DNA of 64,000 nucleotides from the human T2T-CHM13v2.0 reference genome, Homo sapiens: assembly GCA_009914755.4 (NCBI GenBank), contig CP086569.2:992001-1056000 (forward strand), given 5' to 3'. This document shows, in pieces, positions 20,015 to 35,499 of the stretch. Below the pieces are notes generated by a model. It worked only from the letters and a program-made list of their open reading frames with translations. It had not been told where the DNA came from and made no database searches. Positions within the stretch are counted from its first letter, which is position 1. Each line of letters starts with the position of its first letter. Made by a program: the position numbers and the translations under genes.

Positions 20015-21105
20015 TGCTCTGCTCTCCTCTCCCCTCCCCTCCCCTCCTCCCCTCCCTCCTCTCCTCCCCTCGCTTTTCCCCATCCACCACTCAGTTCTGA
20101 TGCTCTCCCTCCCCCCTCCTCCCTCTCCTCTCCCCTCCTCCCCTCTCCTCTCCCCTCCTCCCCTCTCCTCTCCCCTCCTCCCCTCTCCTCTCCCCTCCTC
20201 CCCTCTCCTCTCCCCTCCTCCCCTCTCCTCTCCCCTCCTCCCCTCTCCTCTCTCCCCTCCTCCCCTCTCCTCTCCCCTCCTCCCCTCTCCTCTCCCCTCC
20301 TCCCCTCTCCTCTCCCCTCCTCCCCTCTCCTCTCCCCTCCTCCCCTCTCCTCTCCCCTCCTCCCTCTCCTCTCCCCTCCTCCCCTCTCCTCCCTCCCCTC
20401 TCCTCCCCTCCCTCTCTCCTCCCCCCCCTCCCCTCTCCTCCCTTCCCCTCTCCTCCCCTCCCCTCCCCTCCCCTCCCCTCCCCTCTCCTCCCCTCCCCTC
20501 CCCTCCCCTCCCCTCTTCTCCCCTCCCCTCCCCTCCCCTCCCCTCTCCTCCCCTCCCCTCCCCTCCCCTCCCCTCCCCTCTCCTCTCCCTCCCTCTCTCC
20601 TCTCCTCTCCTCCCCTCCCCTCTCCTCTCCTCCCCTCCCTCTTCCCCCTCCCCCCCTCTCCCGCTCTCCCTCTCCCCTCCTTCCCTCTCCTCCCCTCTCC
20701 TCTCCTCCCCTCCCCTCTTCTCTCCCTCCCCCTCTCCTCCCCTCTCCCCTCCTCCCCTCTCCTCCCCTCCTCTCCTCCCTCCTCCCCTCCCCTCCCCCCC
20801 CTCCCCTCTCCTCTCCTCCTCTCCCCTCTCCTCCCCTCCCCTCTCCTCCCTCTCCTCTCCTCCCCTCCCCTCTCCTCCCCTCTCCTCTCCTCCCCTCCCC
20901 TCCCTCCCCTTTCCTCTCCCTCCCTCTCCTCTCCTCCCCCTCTCCTCTCCTCTCCTCCCTCTCCTCTCCTCTCCTCCCCTCTCTCCTCTCCTCTCCTCCC
21001 CTCTCCTCTCCTCCCCTCTCCTCTCCTCCCCTCTCCTCTCCTCCCCTCTCTCCTCTCCTCTCCTCTCCTCCCCTCCCCTCCCCTCCCTGCTTCCCCATCA
21101 CACCA
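20015..21105 (+). repeat. ~1.1-kb pure polypyrimidine (C/T) tract, (CCCCT/CCTCT)n-type with ~16-bp sub-periodicity
   Basis: 'tctcctctcccctcccctcccctcctcccctccctcctctcctcccctc...' essentially devoid of A/G for >1 kb on the + strand. Confidence 0.95.
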
Positions 21106-21184
21106 GTTGAGTTGCTTAGATGCTCTCCTCTCCTCTCCTCCCCTCCTCTCCCCTTTCTTTTCTTCTGTTTTTTTCTTTTCTTTT

Positions 21185-21737
<553 letters not shown>

Positions 21738-22205
21738 TTACCAAAGCCATCGACAAGGGTCCCCAAGAAGACTAGGAACAAATCTTCAGCATTTTAACTG
21801 GAAAGAGTCAGGGCATTAAGAAATTATATAACCATAAATCCCACCTGTAGAATTTGAGCATTAATGAGTTTTACCTGTATTAGGTAAATTACAGCAGACT
21901 CTGAATTGCAGAAACTTTATGCAATATTTGGTTAACCTGTATATGATTGTGTTCTCTGTGTGTGTGTGTGTCTGTTTAAAAAAGGAAACTTTGAATTATT
22001 TAAGTCTGAAGAAAAGGGGACATTTCATTGCACATGATTTTTAATAATATTTTTATGGGGCTTAATTCTACTGCAAAGTTTCCGTCTCCTGGAAAATTCT
22101 GAACAGGCGCTATTTGCTTGGATTATCCAAAGCCCTAAACTGCAAACGCAGAGGTAAAGACCTCTGTCCTTTTATTGCATTTGGCCTCTCCTGGTTTTCT
22201 GTTGA

Positions 22206-22975
<770 letters not shown>

Positions 22976-23157
22976 AAAAAGTCCTAAGGGTCAGACAGTG
23001 TGCAGGACAAACCCTCAGTGAAGGTTCTTACCTCCGAAACACTCCTCTTGCCCCAGTAAAAGGATGCCCATTTCAATCTCCGAAACCAAACAACTATGCA
23101 GCATCCATGCCTGTGGCCGATAGGACCCACGTACAAAATTAAACCTCTCTTAATTGG

Positions 23158-23638
<481 letters not shown>

Positions 23639-23807
23639 TCAGAATCGGAATTGCAGTTTTAAGAAGATGGAACTTCATTTGGAATCATTTCCTTATCACT
23701 AAGCTCTTCCAACAGTCCCTACACCATTGAGACTGGGGCCATGGAGGTGTGTTCCTGTCAGGGCAGCTAGAGAAGCTCTGCGGTTCTGAGTTTTCACACT
23801 TGTATTA

Positions 23808-24256
<449 letters not shown>

Positions 24257-24426
24257 TCAAAAGCAACACTGGAAGTTGTAGGTATTGGCTGCCACCAAGT
24301 GGCGATTTGAGGAGCAACGCCTTCACCGTCTACCCGGTTTGTGAAACAAAACAAGTTACCAGTAAAACTGAAGGCTTTTCTGAGAGGTCGCAGACCAGTT
24401 TTACAGACAAGCATAGACTCCCTGGT

Positions 24427-24885
24427 GGCCAGGTGCGGTGGCTCACGCCTGTCATCCCAGCACTTTGGGGGGCCGAGGTGGGTGGATCATGAGGTCACGA
24501 GTTCGAGACCAGCCTGACCAACATGGTGAAACCCCATCTCTACTAAAAATACAAAAATTAGCCGGGCGCGGTGGCTCACGCCTGTAATCGCAGCACTTTG
24601 GGAGGCCGAGGTGGGTAGATCATGACGTCAAGAGATCGAGACCAGCCTGGCCAACATGATGAAACCCCGTCTCTACTAAAAATACAAAAAAAAATTAGCC
24701 TGGCGTGGTGGCAGCTGCCTGCAATCCCAGCTACTCAGGAGGCTGAGGCAGGAGAATTGCTTGAATCCAGGAGGTAGACGTTGCTGTGAGCACAGATCGC
24801 ACCGCTGCACTCCAGCCTGGGCAACAAGAGTGCCACTCTGTCTCAAAAACAAAACAAAACAAAACAAAACAAAACAAAAAAACAG
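24427..24885 (+). mobile_element. Alu SINE with duplicated left monomer and (CAAAA)n tail
   Basis: left arms at 24427-24560 and 24563-24700; right arm to ~24840; 'caaaacaaaacaaaacaaaacaaaacaaaaaaa' 24843-24882. Confidence 0.85.
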
Positions 24886-24887
24886 GG

Positions 24888-25582
<695 letters not shown>

Positions 25583-25664
25583 TCAGGGAGGCTGCTGGCT
25601 AATCAGGGAGGTAACAGAGTTGAGTGTGGTGGGTAGTGAATGAGTAAAGGAGGGCGGTCTAGTA

Positions 25665-27725
25665 TTAGTCCCTTTTCAGGCTGCTGATAAAATCATACCA
25701 ACACCAGGTAATTTATAAAGAAAAGAGGATTTTTTTATTGTTTTTATTTTTATTATTTTTTTTAAGGCAGAGTCTCACTCTGTCGCCAAGCCTGGAGTGC
25801 AGTGGCGCAATCTCGGCTCACCGCAACCTCCGCCTCCCGGGTTAAAGCGATCCTCCTGCCTCAGCCTCCTGAGTAGCTGGGACTACAGGTACCCACCACC
25901 ACGCCCGGCTAATTTTTGTATTTTTAGTAGAGACGGGGTTTTACCACGTTGATCAGGCTGGTCTCGAACTCCTGACCTCAGGTGATCCACCTGCCTCGGC
26001 CTCCCAAAGTGCTGGGATGACAGGCGTGAGCCACCGCGCCCAGCCAGGAAGGGGTTTAATGGACTGACAGTTCCACATAGGGGACGACAAAAGTCACATC
26101 TTCTATGGCAGCAGACAAGAAAAGAGAGAGAGAGAGACAGAGACAGAAACAGAGAGAAAGAGAGAGACAGAGACAGAGAGACAGAGACAGAGAGAGACAG
26201 AAAGAGAGAGAGAGACAGACAGAGGGAGAGAGACACAGAGAGAAAGAGAGACAGAGAGACAGAGAGAGAGAGACAGAGACACAGAGAGACACAGAGACAG
26301 AGAGAGACACACAGAAAGAGAGACAGAAAGAGAGAGAGAAAGAGAGACAGGGACAGAGAGACAGAGAGAGAAAGAGACAGAGACAGAGAGAAAGAGGCAG
26401 AGAGAGACAGAAACAGAGAGAGAGAGACAGGGACAGAGAGACAGAGAGAGAGAGAGACAGAGAGAAAGAGACAGAGAGAGACAGAAAGAGAGAGACAGAC
26501 AGAGGGAGAGAGACAGAGAGAGAGAGAAAGAGAGACAGAGACACAGAGAGAGACAGAGACAGAGAGACACAGAGAGACAGACAGAGAGACAAAGAGAGAC
26601 AGAGAGACACAGAGAGACAGAGAGACAGAGACAGAGACAGAAAGACAGAGAGAGAGACAGAGAGAAAGAGAGAGAGACACAGAGAGAAAGAGAGAGACAG
26701 AGAGAAAGAGATAGAGACAGAAAGAGAGTGACAGAGACAGAAAGAGAGAAAGAGAGAGACAGAGAGACAGGGAGAGAGAGACAGAGAGAGACAGACAGAG
26801 AGAAAGAGACAGAGAGAAAGAGACAGAGAGACAGACAAAGAGAGACAGACAGAGAGACACAGGGAGAGACAGAGACAGAGAGAGAGAGACAGAGAGACAG
26901 GGAGAGAGAGACAGAGACAGAGAGACAGAGACAGAGAGAGACAGAGACAGAGAGAAACAGAGAGACAGACAGAGAGACAAAGAGAGACAGAGAGACAGAG
27001 ACAGAGAGACACAGAGAGACAGACAGAGAGACAAAGAGAGACAGAGAGACAGAGACAGAGAGACACAGAGAGACAGACAGAGAGACAGAGAGAGACAGAG
27101 ACAGAAAGAGAGAGAGACAGAGAGAGAGACACAGAAAGAGAGAGACAGAGACAGAGAGAAAGAGATAGAGACAGAAAGAGAGTGACAGAGACAGAAAGAG
27201 AGAAAGAGAGAGACAGAGAGACAGGGAGAGAGAGACAGAGAGAGACAGACAGAGAGAAAGAGACAGAGAGAAAGAGACAGAGAGACAGACAGAGAGACAG
27301 ACAGACAGAGAGACACAGGGAGAGACAGAGACAGAGAGAAAGAGAGAGACAGAGAGACAGGGAGAGAGAGACAGAGACAGGGAGAGACAGAGACAGAGAG
27401 AGAGAGACAGAGAGACAGAGACAGAGAGAAACAGAGAGAGAGAGACAGAGAGAGACAGAGACAGAGAGAGAGAAACACACAGACAGAGAGACAGACAGAG
27501 AGAGAACAAGAGACAGAAAGAGAGAGAACCGAGGGAAAAGGGAAACCGCTGATAAAGCATCAGACCTTGTGAGACGTATTCACGACCCTGAGAACAGTAC
27601 GGGGGAAACTGCCTCCACGATTCAATTCTCTCCCACTAGGTCCCTCCCACGATACAGAGGGATTATGGGAGCTAGGGTCCAAGATGAGATTTGGGTGAGG
27701 ACACAGCCAAACCACATCAGTAGGT
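25665..27725 (-). mobile_element. MaLR (THE1/MST-like) LTR, minus orientation, disrupted by an Alu insertion (25760-26050, minus) and a ~1.45-kb (CAGAGA/GAGA)n expansion (26105-27545)
   Basis: 25665 'tctagtattagtcccttttcaggctgctgataaaatcataccaacaccaggtaatttataaagaaaagagg' and 26040 'ggtttaatggactgacagttccacatag' match the reverse complement of the THE1 3' end ('...CCATTAAACC...TATAAATTACC...GACTAATACA'); 27545-27725 '...gaaactgcctccacgattcaattctctcccactaggtccctcccacgatacagagggattatgggagctagggtccaagatgagatttgggtgaggacacagccaaaccacatca' matches the reverse complement of the THE1 5' end ('TGATATGGTTTGGCTGTGTCC...'). Confidence 0.7.
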
Positions 27726-27789
27726 GTCAAAACTGGACCCAATTCTCTTATGATAATGTAGTCAATAAAATAAAATAAAATAAAATAGG

Positions 27790-28540
<751 letters not shown>

Positions 28541-28884
28541 AAATAATATAGACAGGCCTCATTGATATTTGGGCACCCATACTGCCTTTTGCACATATGT
28601 CAAAAAAAAACCCATCCTTAATAAATTGCATTATGCCCACAGCTGGTGCACGTGCGTGTGGAATGTAGCATGCTAAGTCATCTGCATGGAGGATGCATTG
28701 TGCGGTCATGGGGGTGTAGAGTGAATGTGGGGAGTGGGAAGATTTCAGGCAGCTGCTGTGAATACCAACTGATCTCTTACCGGCCCCTCTTTCTAAAAAG
28801 GGGGTCAGGACAAGACTCTACCTCGAAAGGTAGAGCAGGGCCTGTCTGTGCCCATCACCAACAGGTGTTCCGAGATTTCAGGTC

Positions 28885-29454
28885 AATGCCAGGCACGGTG
28901 GCTCCCTCCTGTAATCTCAGCGCTTTGGGAGGCTGTGATGGGGGTATTGCTCGAGGCCAGAAGTTTGAGACCAGCCTGGGAAACATAGCAAGGCCTCACC
29001 TCCGAAAAAGAAATGTAAAATTAGGTGGCTGGGGTGGTGCCCATCTGCAGTCCCAGCTACTCTGGAGGCTGAGGCGGGGGGTATTACTTCAGCCCAGGAG
29101 GTTGAGGCTGCAGTGAGCTGAGATCACACCACTGCACTCCAGCCTGGGCCACATAGCAAGACAAGAAAAAGAAAGGAAGAAAGAAAAGAAAGAAGGAAAG
29201 AGGAAAGGAGGAGAGGAAGAGAGAAAGAGAGAGAGAAAGGAAGGAGAGAGAGAGAGAGAAAGAAAGAAACAAAGAATTAAAGAAAGAAAGAGAATGAAAG
29301 AGAGAAAGAAAAAAGAGAGAAAGAGAGAAAGGAAGAAAAAGAAAGAGAGAAAAAGAAAGAGAAAGAAAGAAAAGAGAAAGAAAGAAAAAAGAAAGAAAGA
29401 AAGAAAAGAAAGAAAGAAAGAAGGAAGGAAAAGAAAAGGAAGGAAGGAAGGAAG

Positions 29455-29455
<1 letters not shown>
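28885..29455 (+). mobile_element. Older, diverged Alu (28885-29160) followed by a (GAAA)n/(GGAA)n polypurine tract (29160-29455)
   Basis: 'ccaggcacggtggctccctcctgtaatctcagcgctttgggaggctgtgatgggggtattgctcgaggccagaagtttgagaccagcctgggaaacatagcaaggcctcacctccgaaaaag...' with many CpG to TpG changes; then 'gaaaaagaaaggaagaaagaaaagaaagaaggaaagagg...'. Confidence 0.85.
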
Positions 29456-30169
<714 letters not shown>

Positions 30170-30175
<6 letters not shown>

Positions 30176-30540
30176 ACAAGAAAAAGAAAGGAAGAAAGAA
30201 GGAAAGAAAGAAGAAGGAAGGAAAGAAGGAAGGAAGGAGGGAAGGGAGGGAGGGAGGGAGGGAGGGACGGAGGGACGGAGGGAGGGAAAGAAGAAAGGAA
30301 AGAGAGAGAGAAAGGAAGGAAGGAGATAGAGAGAAGGAAGGAAGAGAGGGAGGAAGGGAGGGAGAGAGGGAAAGAAGAAAGGAAAGAAAGAGAGAGAGAG
30401 AGAAAGGAAGGAAGGAGATAAAGAAAGAGAGAAGGGAGGGAGGGAGGGAAGCGAGAGAGGAGAAGAGGAGAGGAGAGGAGGAGAGGAGAGGAGAGGAGAA
30501 CAGAACAGAACAGAACAGAACAGAACAGAACAGAACAGAG
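30170..30540 (+). repeat. (GGAA)n/(GGGA)n polypurine tract ending in (CAGAA)n
   Basis: 'gaaggaaggaaagaaggaaggaaggagggaagggagggagggagggagggagggacggagggacgg...' then 'cagaacagaacagaacagaacagaacagaac' 30482-30540. Confidence 0.95.
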
Positions 30541-30547
30541 AAAAGAG

Positions 30548-30800
30548 GCCAGGTGCAGTGGCTCACGCCTGTAATCCCAGCACTTTGAGAGGCTGAGGCG
30601 GTTGGATCACCTGAGGTTGGGAGTTCGAGACCAGCCTGGCCAACATGGGGAAACCCCATCTCTCCTAAAAATACAAAACTTAGCCGGGTTTGGTGGCAGT
30701 CGCCCGGAATGTCAGGTACTCGGGAGGCTGAGGTTGCAGCGAGCTGAGATCGCGCCACTGCACTCCAGCCTGGGCGACAGAGCGAGACTCCATCTCAAAA
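30548..30800 (+). mobile_element. Alu SINE (with internal deletion)
   Basis: 'ggccaggtgcagtggctcacgcctgtaatcccagcactttgagaggctgaggcggttggatcacctgaggttgggagttcgagaccagcctggccaacatggggaaaccccatctctcctaaaaatac...gcactccagcctgggcgacagagcgagactccatctcaaaaataaaataaaat'. Confidence 0.85.
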
Positions 30801-30879
30801 ATAAAATAAAATAACTATCATTCAAATTCAGGGTCCTTGAGCCGTATTCCTAGTTCTATTGACTCACCTCACTTTAAAA

Positions 30880-31110
30880 CTATCGTTCAACAATGAGAAC
30901 ACATGGACACAGGGTGGGGAACATCACACACCGGGGCCTGTTGTGGGGTGGGGAGAGAGGGGAGGGATAGCATTGGGAGATATACCTAATGTTAAATGAT
31001 GGTTCATGGGTGCAGCACACCAGCATGGCACATGGATACATATGTAACTAACCTGCACGTTGTGCACATGTACCCTAGAACTTAAAGTATAATAATAATA
31101 ATACAATTTT
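30880..31110 (+). mobile_element. L1 (LINE-1) 3'-UTR terminal fragment
   Basis: 'gaacaatgagaacacatggacacagggtggggaacatcacacaccggggcctgttgtggggtgggg...gggagggatagcattgggagatatacctaatgttaaatgatggttcatgggtgcagcacaccagcatggcacatggatacatatgtaactaacctgcacgttgtgcacatgtaccctagaacttaaagtataataataat' matches the primate L1 3' end. Confidence 0.85.
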
Positions 31111-31629
31111 TAAAATACAATGAAAAAAATACAAATAAAAAATAAAATAAAAAATAGTAAAAATAAAAAATACAAATAAAAATAATGCAATTTAAAAAAA
31201 AAACTATCGTTCAAGTATCTGCCCCCGGTTTTCTTCATCTCTGAATGGCTGTTTTTGCAGAACTGGCAGAAACTCAGAACGAACGCCATTCATTCTTAGG
31301 ACGCAGAGTTAAATTCTGCAACAGCCACAGCATCCTAACGCCTGGTTGCCTGCACCCGCCAGCCTGTTGCAAATGCTCACAGAAAGTCTGAAAACAGGAA
31401 ATTCTAAAAGAAGGGGTTGCTTTTGTTTGACAACCAGACGGGCCAGTGATTTACAGCCGGACCCGGCCCCTTGCTCCTGGTCAGCCCTCTCGGAGCAGGC
31501 AGGTGACGGCACAAATGTCTCGCACAAATGTTGCCCAGGCTCTGAGAATCTGAGAACGCCTTTTGCTTTTTGCAGTTCAAGGGACTTCCACCCCGGGCGG
31601 GAGATGCCAGTTCCAGACAAATGCATTTA

Positions 31630-32400
31630 GGTGGTTTATTATCCCAATTAATTTAATTAGGATTTAATTTAATTTAAATTTAATTGAGATAATTAAATTT
31701 ATAATAAGGATAATTAAATTAATTAATTTAATTAATGAAGTAATTAAATTAAATTAATTAATTTAATTAATGAAGCAATTAAATTTATTGATTAATTTAA
31801 TTAATGAAGTAATTAAATTAATAAATTTATTAATTTATTAATTTATATTAAATTAATTAATTTATTAATTTATATTAAATTAATTAATTTATTAATTTAT
31901 TAATTTATATTAAATTAATTATAAATAAATATAAATATTTAAATAATTAAATAATTAAATATTAATTTAATAAACAAATAAATATTTATATTTATAAATA
32001 TTAATTATATAAATATAAATAGTATATATTTTATATATAATTAATTTTATATATAAATTTATATATAATTTTATATAAAATTAATTATATAAACATTTAT
32101 AGCTATTAATAAATAATTATGAATATTAAATAAATATTAATTAATTAATTAATTGTATATTAATAAGTTGATAAATTTAATTATTGACAAGTATTAATAA
32201 ATAGATAATTGATAAATTTAATTATTTATAAATTTAATTATTTATTAATTACTTATAATTAATTATATAATAAAATAATTTATTAATCAAATTACTTTCT
32301 TAACTGATTTAATTGTTTTATTAATTAAATTAATTTTATTAATTGATTTAATTAAGTGCATGAAGTGTTTAATGAATTACTTAAATTTATTAATTAATTT
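31630..32400. repeat. AT-rich low-complexity array, (TTAAT/AATTAAAT)n-type, ~770 bp
   Basis: 'taattaatttaattaggatttaatttaatttaaatttaattgagataattaaatttataataaggataattaaattaattaattt...'. Confidence 0.95.
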
Positions 32401-32931
32401 AGGATGATTCCTACATCTCATACACGTGTCTTTAAGAAACGCCACACACTCCGAATTTAGTAATTCCTAAATGTCTGGCAGGCCTTCTCAGAGGAAGTGC
32501 TGTTTTTCTTTAACAATGGGAACCCTATTTTATCTGTCAGTGAGCAGTCCACACGTTGTAATTTTTTTCTTTCATACGCTGTGAAATATGAGGCATTTTT
32601 GCTTCCCCCAACCCCCTTTCTTCGGAAGACAGGGCTTCCTGCTGTCTGGTTTTGCTCTTGTAGCTGAACGTCGCTTGGGGCCAGCGAGATTTAAGCGGTG
32701 GTTTTGTGCAAAGCGTTGGAGCCTGGCTCATGAAGGCTGCTTGCAGAATTATGGATAATCCCGTTACCTGGGACTTCCCACTCTTGCAGCTTGCCAGAGT
32801 CAGAGAGGTGTTTGTTCTCTGACAACAAAGCCTTCTTTAAAATAAAATAGGATCCACAATTGCGCTGCTGGGCAAAACTTCGTGAGAAATAAAAACTGAT
32901 AAAACTATGTATATAAATGTTCTGAGAATGA

Positions 32932-33550
<619 letters not shown>

Positions 33551-33554
33551 GCTC

Positions 33555-33925
33555 TTGATATATATAAATAAATAAATATATACATTATATATAATGTATA
33601 TATAATATACATTATCTATTATCTATTATCTATTATATATAACATTATATATTATATATTATATATTAAATAAAAATATATATAATATATTATATAGTAT
33701 TATTAATATATTATAATTAATATATATTAAGATATTTATATATTATATAATTAATATATATTAATTATAATACATATTATATATAATATATACTTATAAT
33801 ATATTTATATATATTTTATATTATATATATTTATATTATATATATATAATATATATATTATATATAAAGTACATATTATATATTTTATATATATTAAATA
33901 TATATAGTTAATGTATACATATTTT
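33555..33925. repeat. (TA)n/(TATATAA)n AT-rich microsatellite
   Basis: 'atatataaataaataaatatatacattatatataatgtatatataatatacattatc...'. Confidence 0.95.
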
Positions 33926-34479
33926 TAAATCTTGCCCACATTCCTATCTAAGGGGTCTGGGGAGTTGTGCCCTACAAACCATCCATTCTCATCAGATGGG
34001 TTTTATTTAACCTTATATACCATGACTTACTTTCCAACCTGACTCCAGCATCACATTATGAGACAAGAAAAAAAATCAAAATACTTATCCCCAAAATATA
34101 TTTCATTGCCATATCTCGAAATGGCCCTGGAAGGCCGTTCTTTGTGGGGGGAAATTCACATCTGCAGAGAATCTGTATTCACATAGCTAGATCTTTTTCT
34201 TCCAGGCCCTCCCAATCCTAAAGAGATTATCTAGGAGTCTAGTAAGCTTGTCAAGGTCTGAACAGGAAACATTTGTCTTCTGCTGTCTCTAAGGGCAGCC
34301 ACTATGAGACCTCAAAAGAACCTTGGTCTCCACAATCTCTTATCTTAACCCAAACATTTCCTTTCTATGGATCCCAGGTCTTAAACAAACTCAACCAGTT
34401 GTCAACCAATGTTTCAATTCACGGATAGCCTGGAAGGCCCCAGTTTGAATTGTCTCACCTTTGTGGACCGAACCAATAC

Positions 34480-34971
34480 CTTTCTTTTCTTTCTTTTTCT
34501 TTCTTTCTTTCTTTTCTTTCTTTCTTTTTCTTTTTTTCTCTCTTCTTCCTTCCTTTCTTTTCATTTTCTCTCTTTCCCTCCCTCCCTCCTTCTCTCTTTC
34601 TTTCTTCTTTCTTTCTTCCTTTTTCTTTTGTTTCTTTCTTCCTTTCTTTCTTTTCTTTCTTTTCTCTTTCCCTTCCTTCCTTTCTTTCCTTTCTTTCTTT
34701 TCTCTTTCCCTCCCTCCCTCCATCTCTCTCTTTTTTCTTTCTTTTCTCTCTTTCCCTTTCTTCCTTCCTTTCTTTCTTTCCTTTCTTTCCTTTCTTTCTT
34801 TTCTCTCTTTCCTTTCCTTCCTTCCTTTCTTTCTTTCCTTTCTTTCTTTTCTCTTTCCCTCCCTCAGTCTCTCTCTTTCCTTCCTTCCTTCTTTTTCTCT
34901 CTTTTCCTTCCTTCCTTCCTTTCTTCCTTCCTCTCTTTCCTTTCTTTCTTTTCTTTCTTTCCCTCCCTCCA

Positions 34972-35003
<32 letters not shown>

Positions 35004-35010
35004 CTTTTGA
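34480..35010 (+). repeat. (TTTC)n/(CTTC)n polypyrimidine tract, ~530 bp
   Basis: 'tttcttttctttctttttctttctttctttcttttctttctttctttttcttttt...ccctccctccctccttctctctttctttc'. Confidence 0.95.
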
Positions 35011-35290
35011 GACAGAGTCTCGCTCTGTCACCCAGGCTGGAGTGCAGCGGCATGATTCAGTCCACTGCAATCTCCACCTCCTTCCTGGGTTCAAGCGATT
35101 CTGCTGCCTCAGCCTCCCGAGTAGCTGGGATTACAGGTGCCCACCACCACGCCCGGCTAATTTTTGTATTTTTAGTAGAGATGGGGTTTCGCCATGTTGG
35201 CCAGGCTGGTCTCGAACTCCTGACCTCAGGTGATCCACCCACCTCGGCCTCCCAAAGTGCTGGGATTACAAGCGTGAGCCACCACGCCCG
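35010..35290 (-). mobile_element. Alu SINE
   Basis: 'ttttgagacagagtctcgctctgtcacccaggctggagtgcagcggcatgattcag...ggccgggcgtggtggctcacgcttgtaatcccagcactttgggaggccgaggtgggtggatcacctgaggtcagg' reverse complement. Confidence 0.9.
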
Positions 35291-35499
35291 GCCTCAATAG
35301 AAACTTAAAAACAAACTTTACAATAAATCGTATAAAGGGAGAGAAAGTGCAATACACGTGCATAACGATTAAGAGACTCAATATTTTAAGGCGGCTGATG
35401 GAGTCTTCAGATTCACTTGTAGGTCTCATGTAATTCAAATCAACATTTCAATAGTTTTTTCTGTGGAACTGGAGGAACTGTTTGTAAAATGTAAATGGG

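Noticed and set aside
25883-27560. 474-531-aa minus-strand 'LSLSVSLCLS' ORFs and 146-208-aa plus-strand 'RERERQRQ' ORFs
   Set aside because: They are translations of the (CAGAGA)n expansion inside the THE1-like LTR and are open in all frames. They are not coding.
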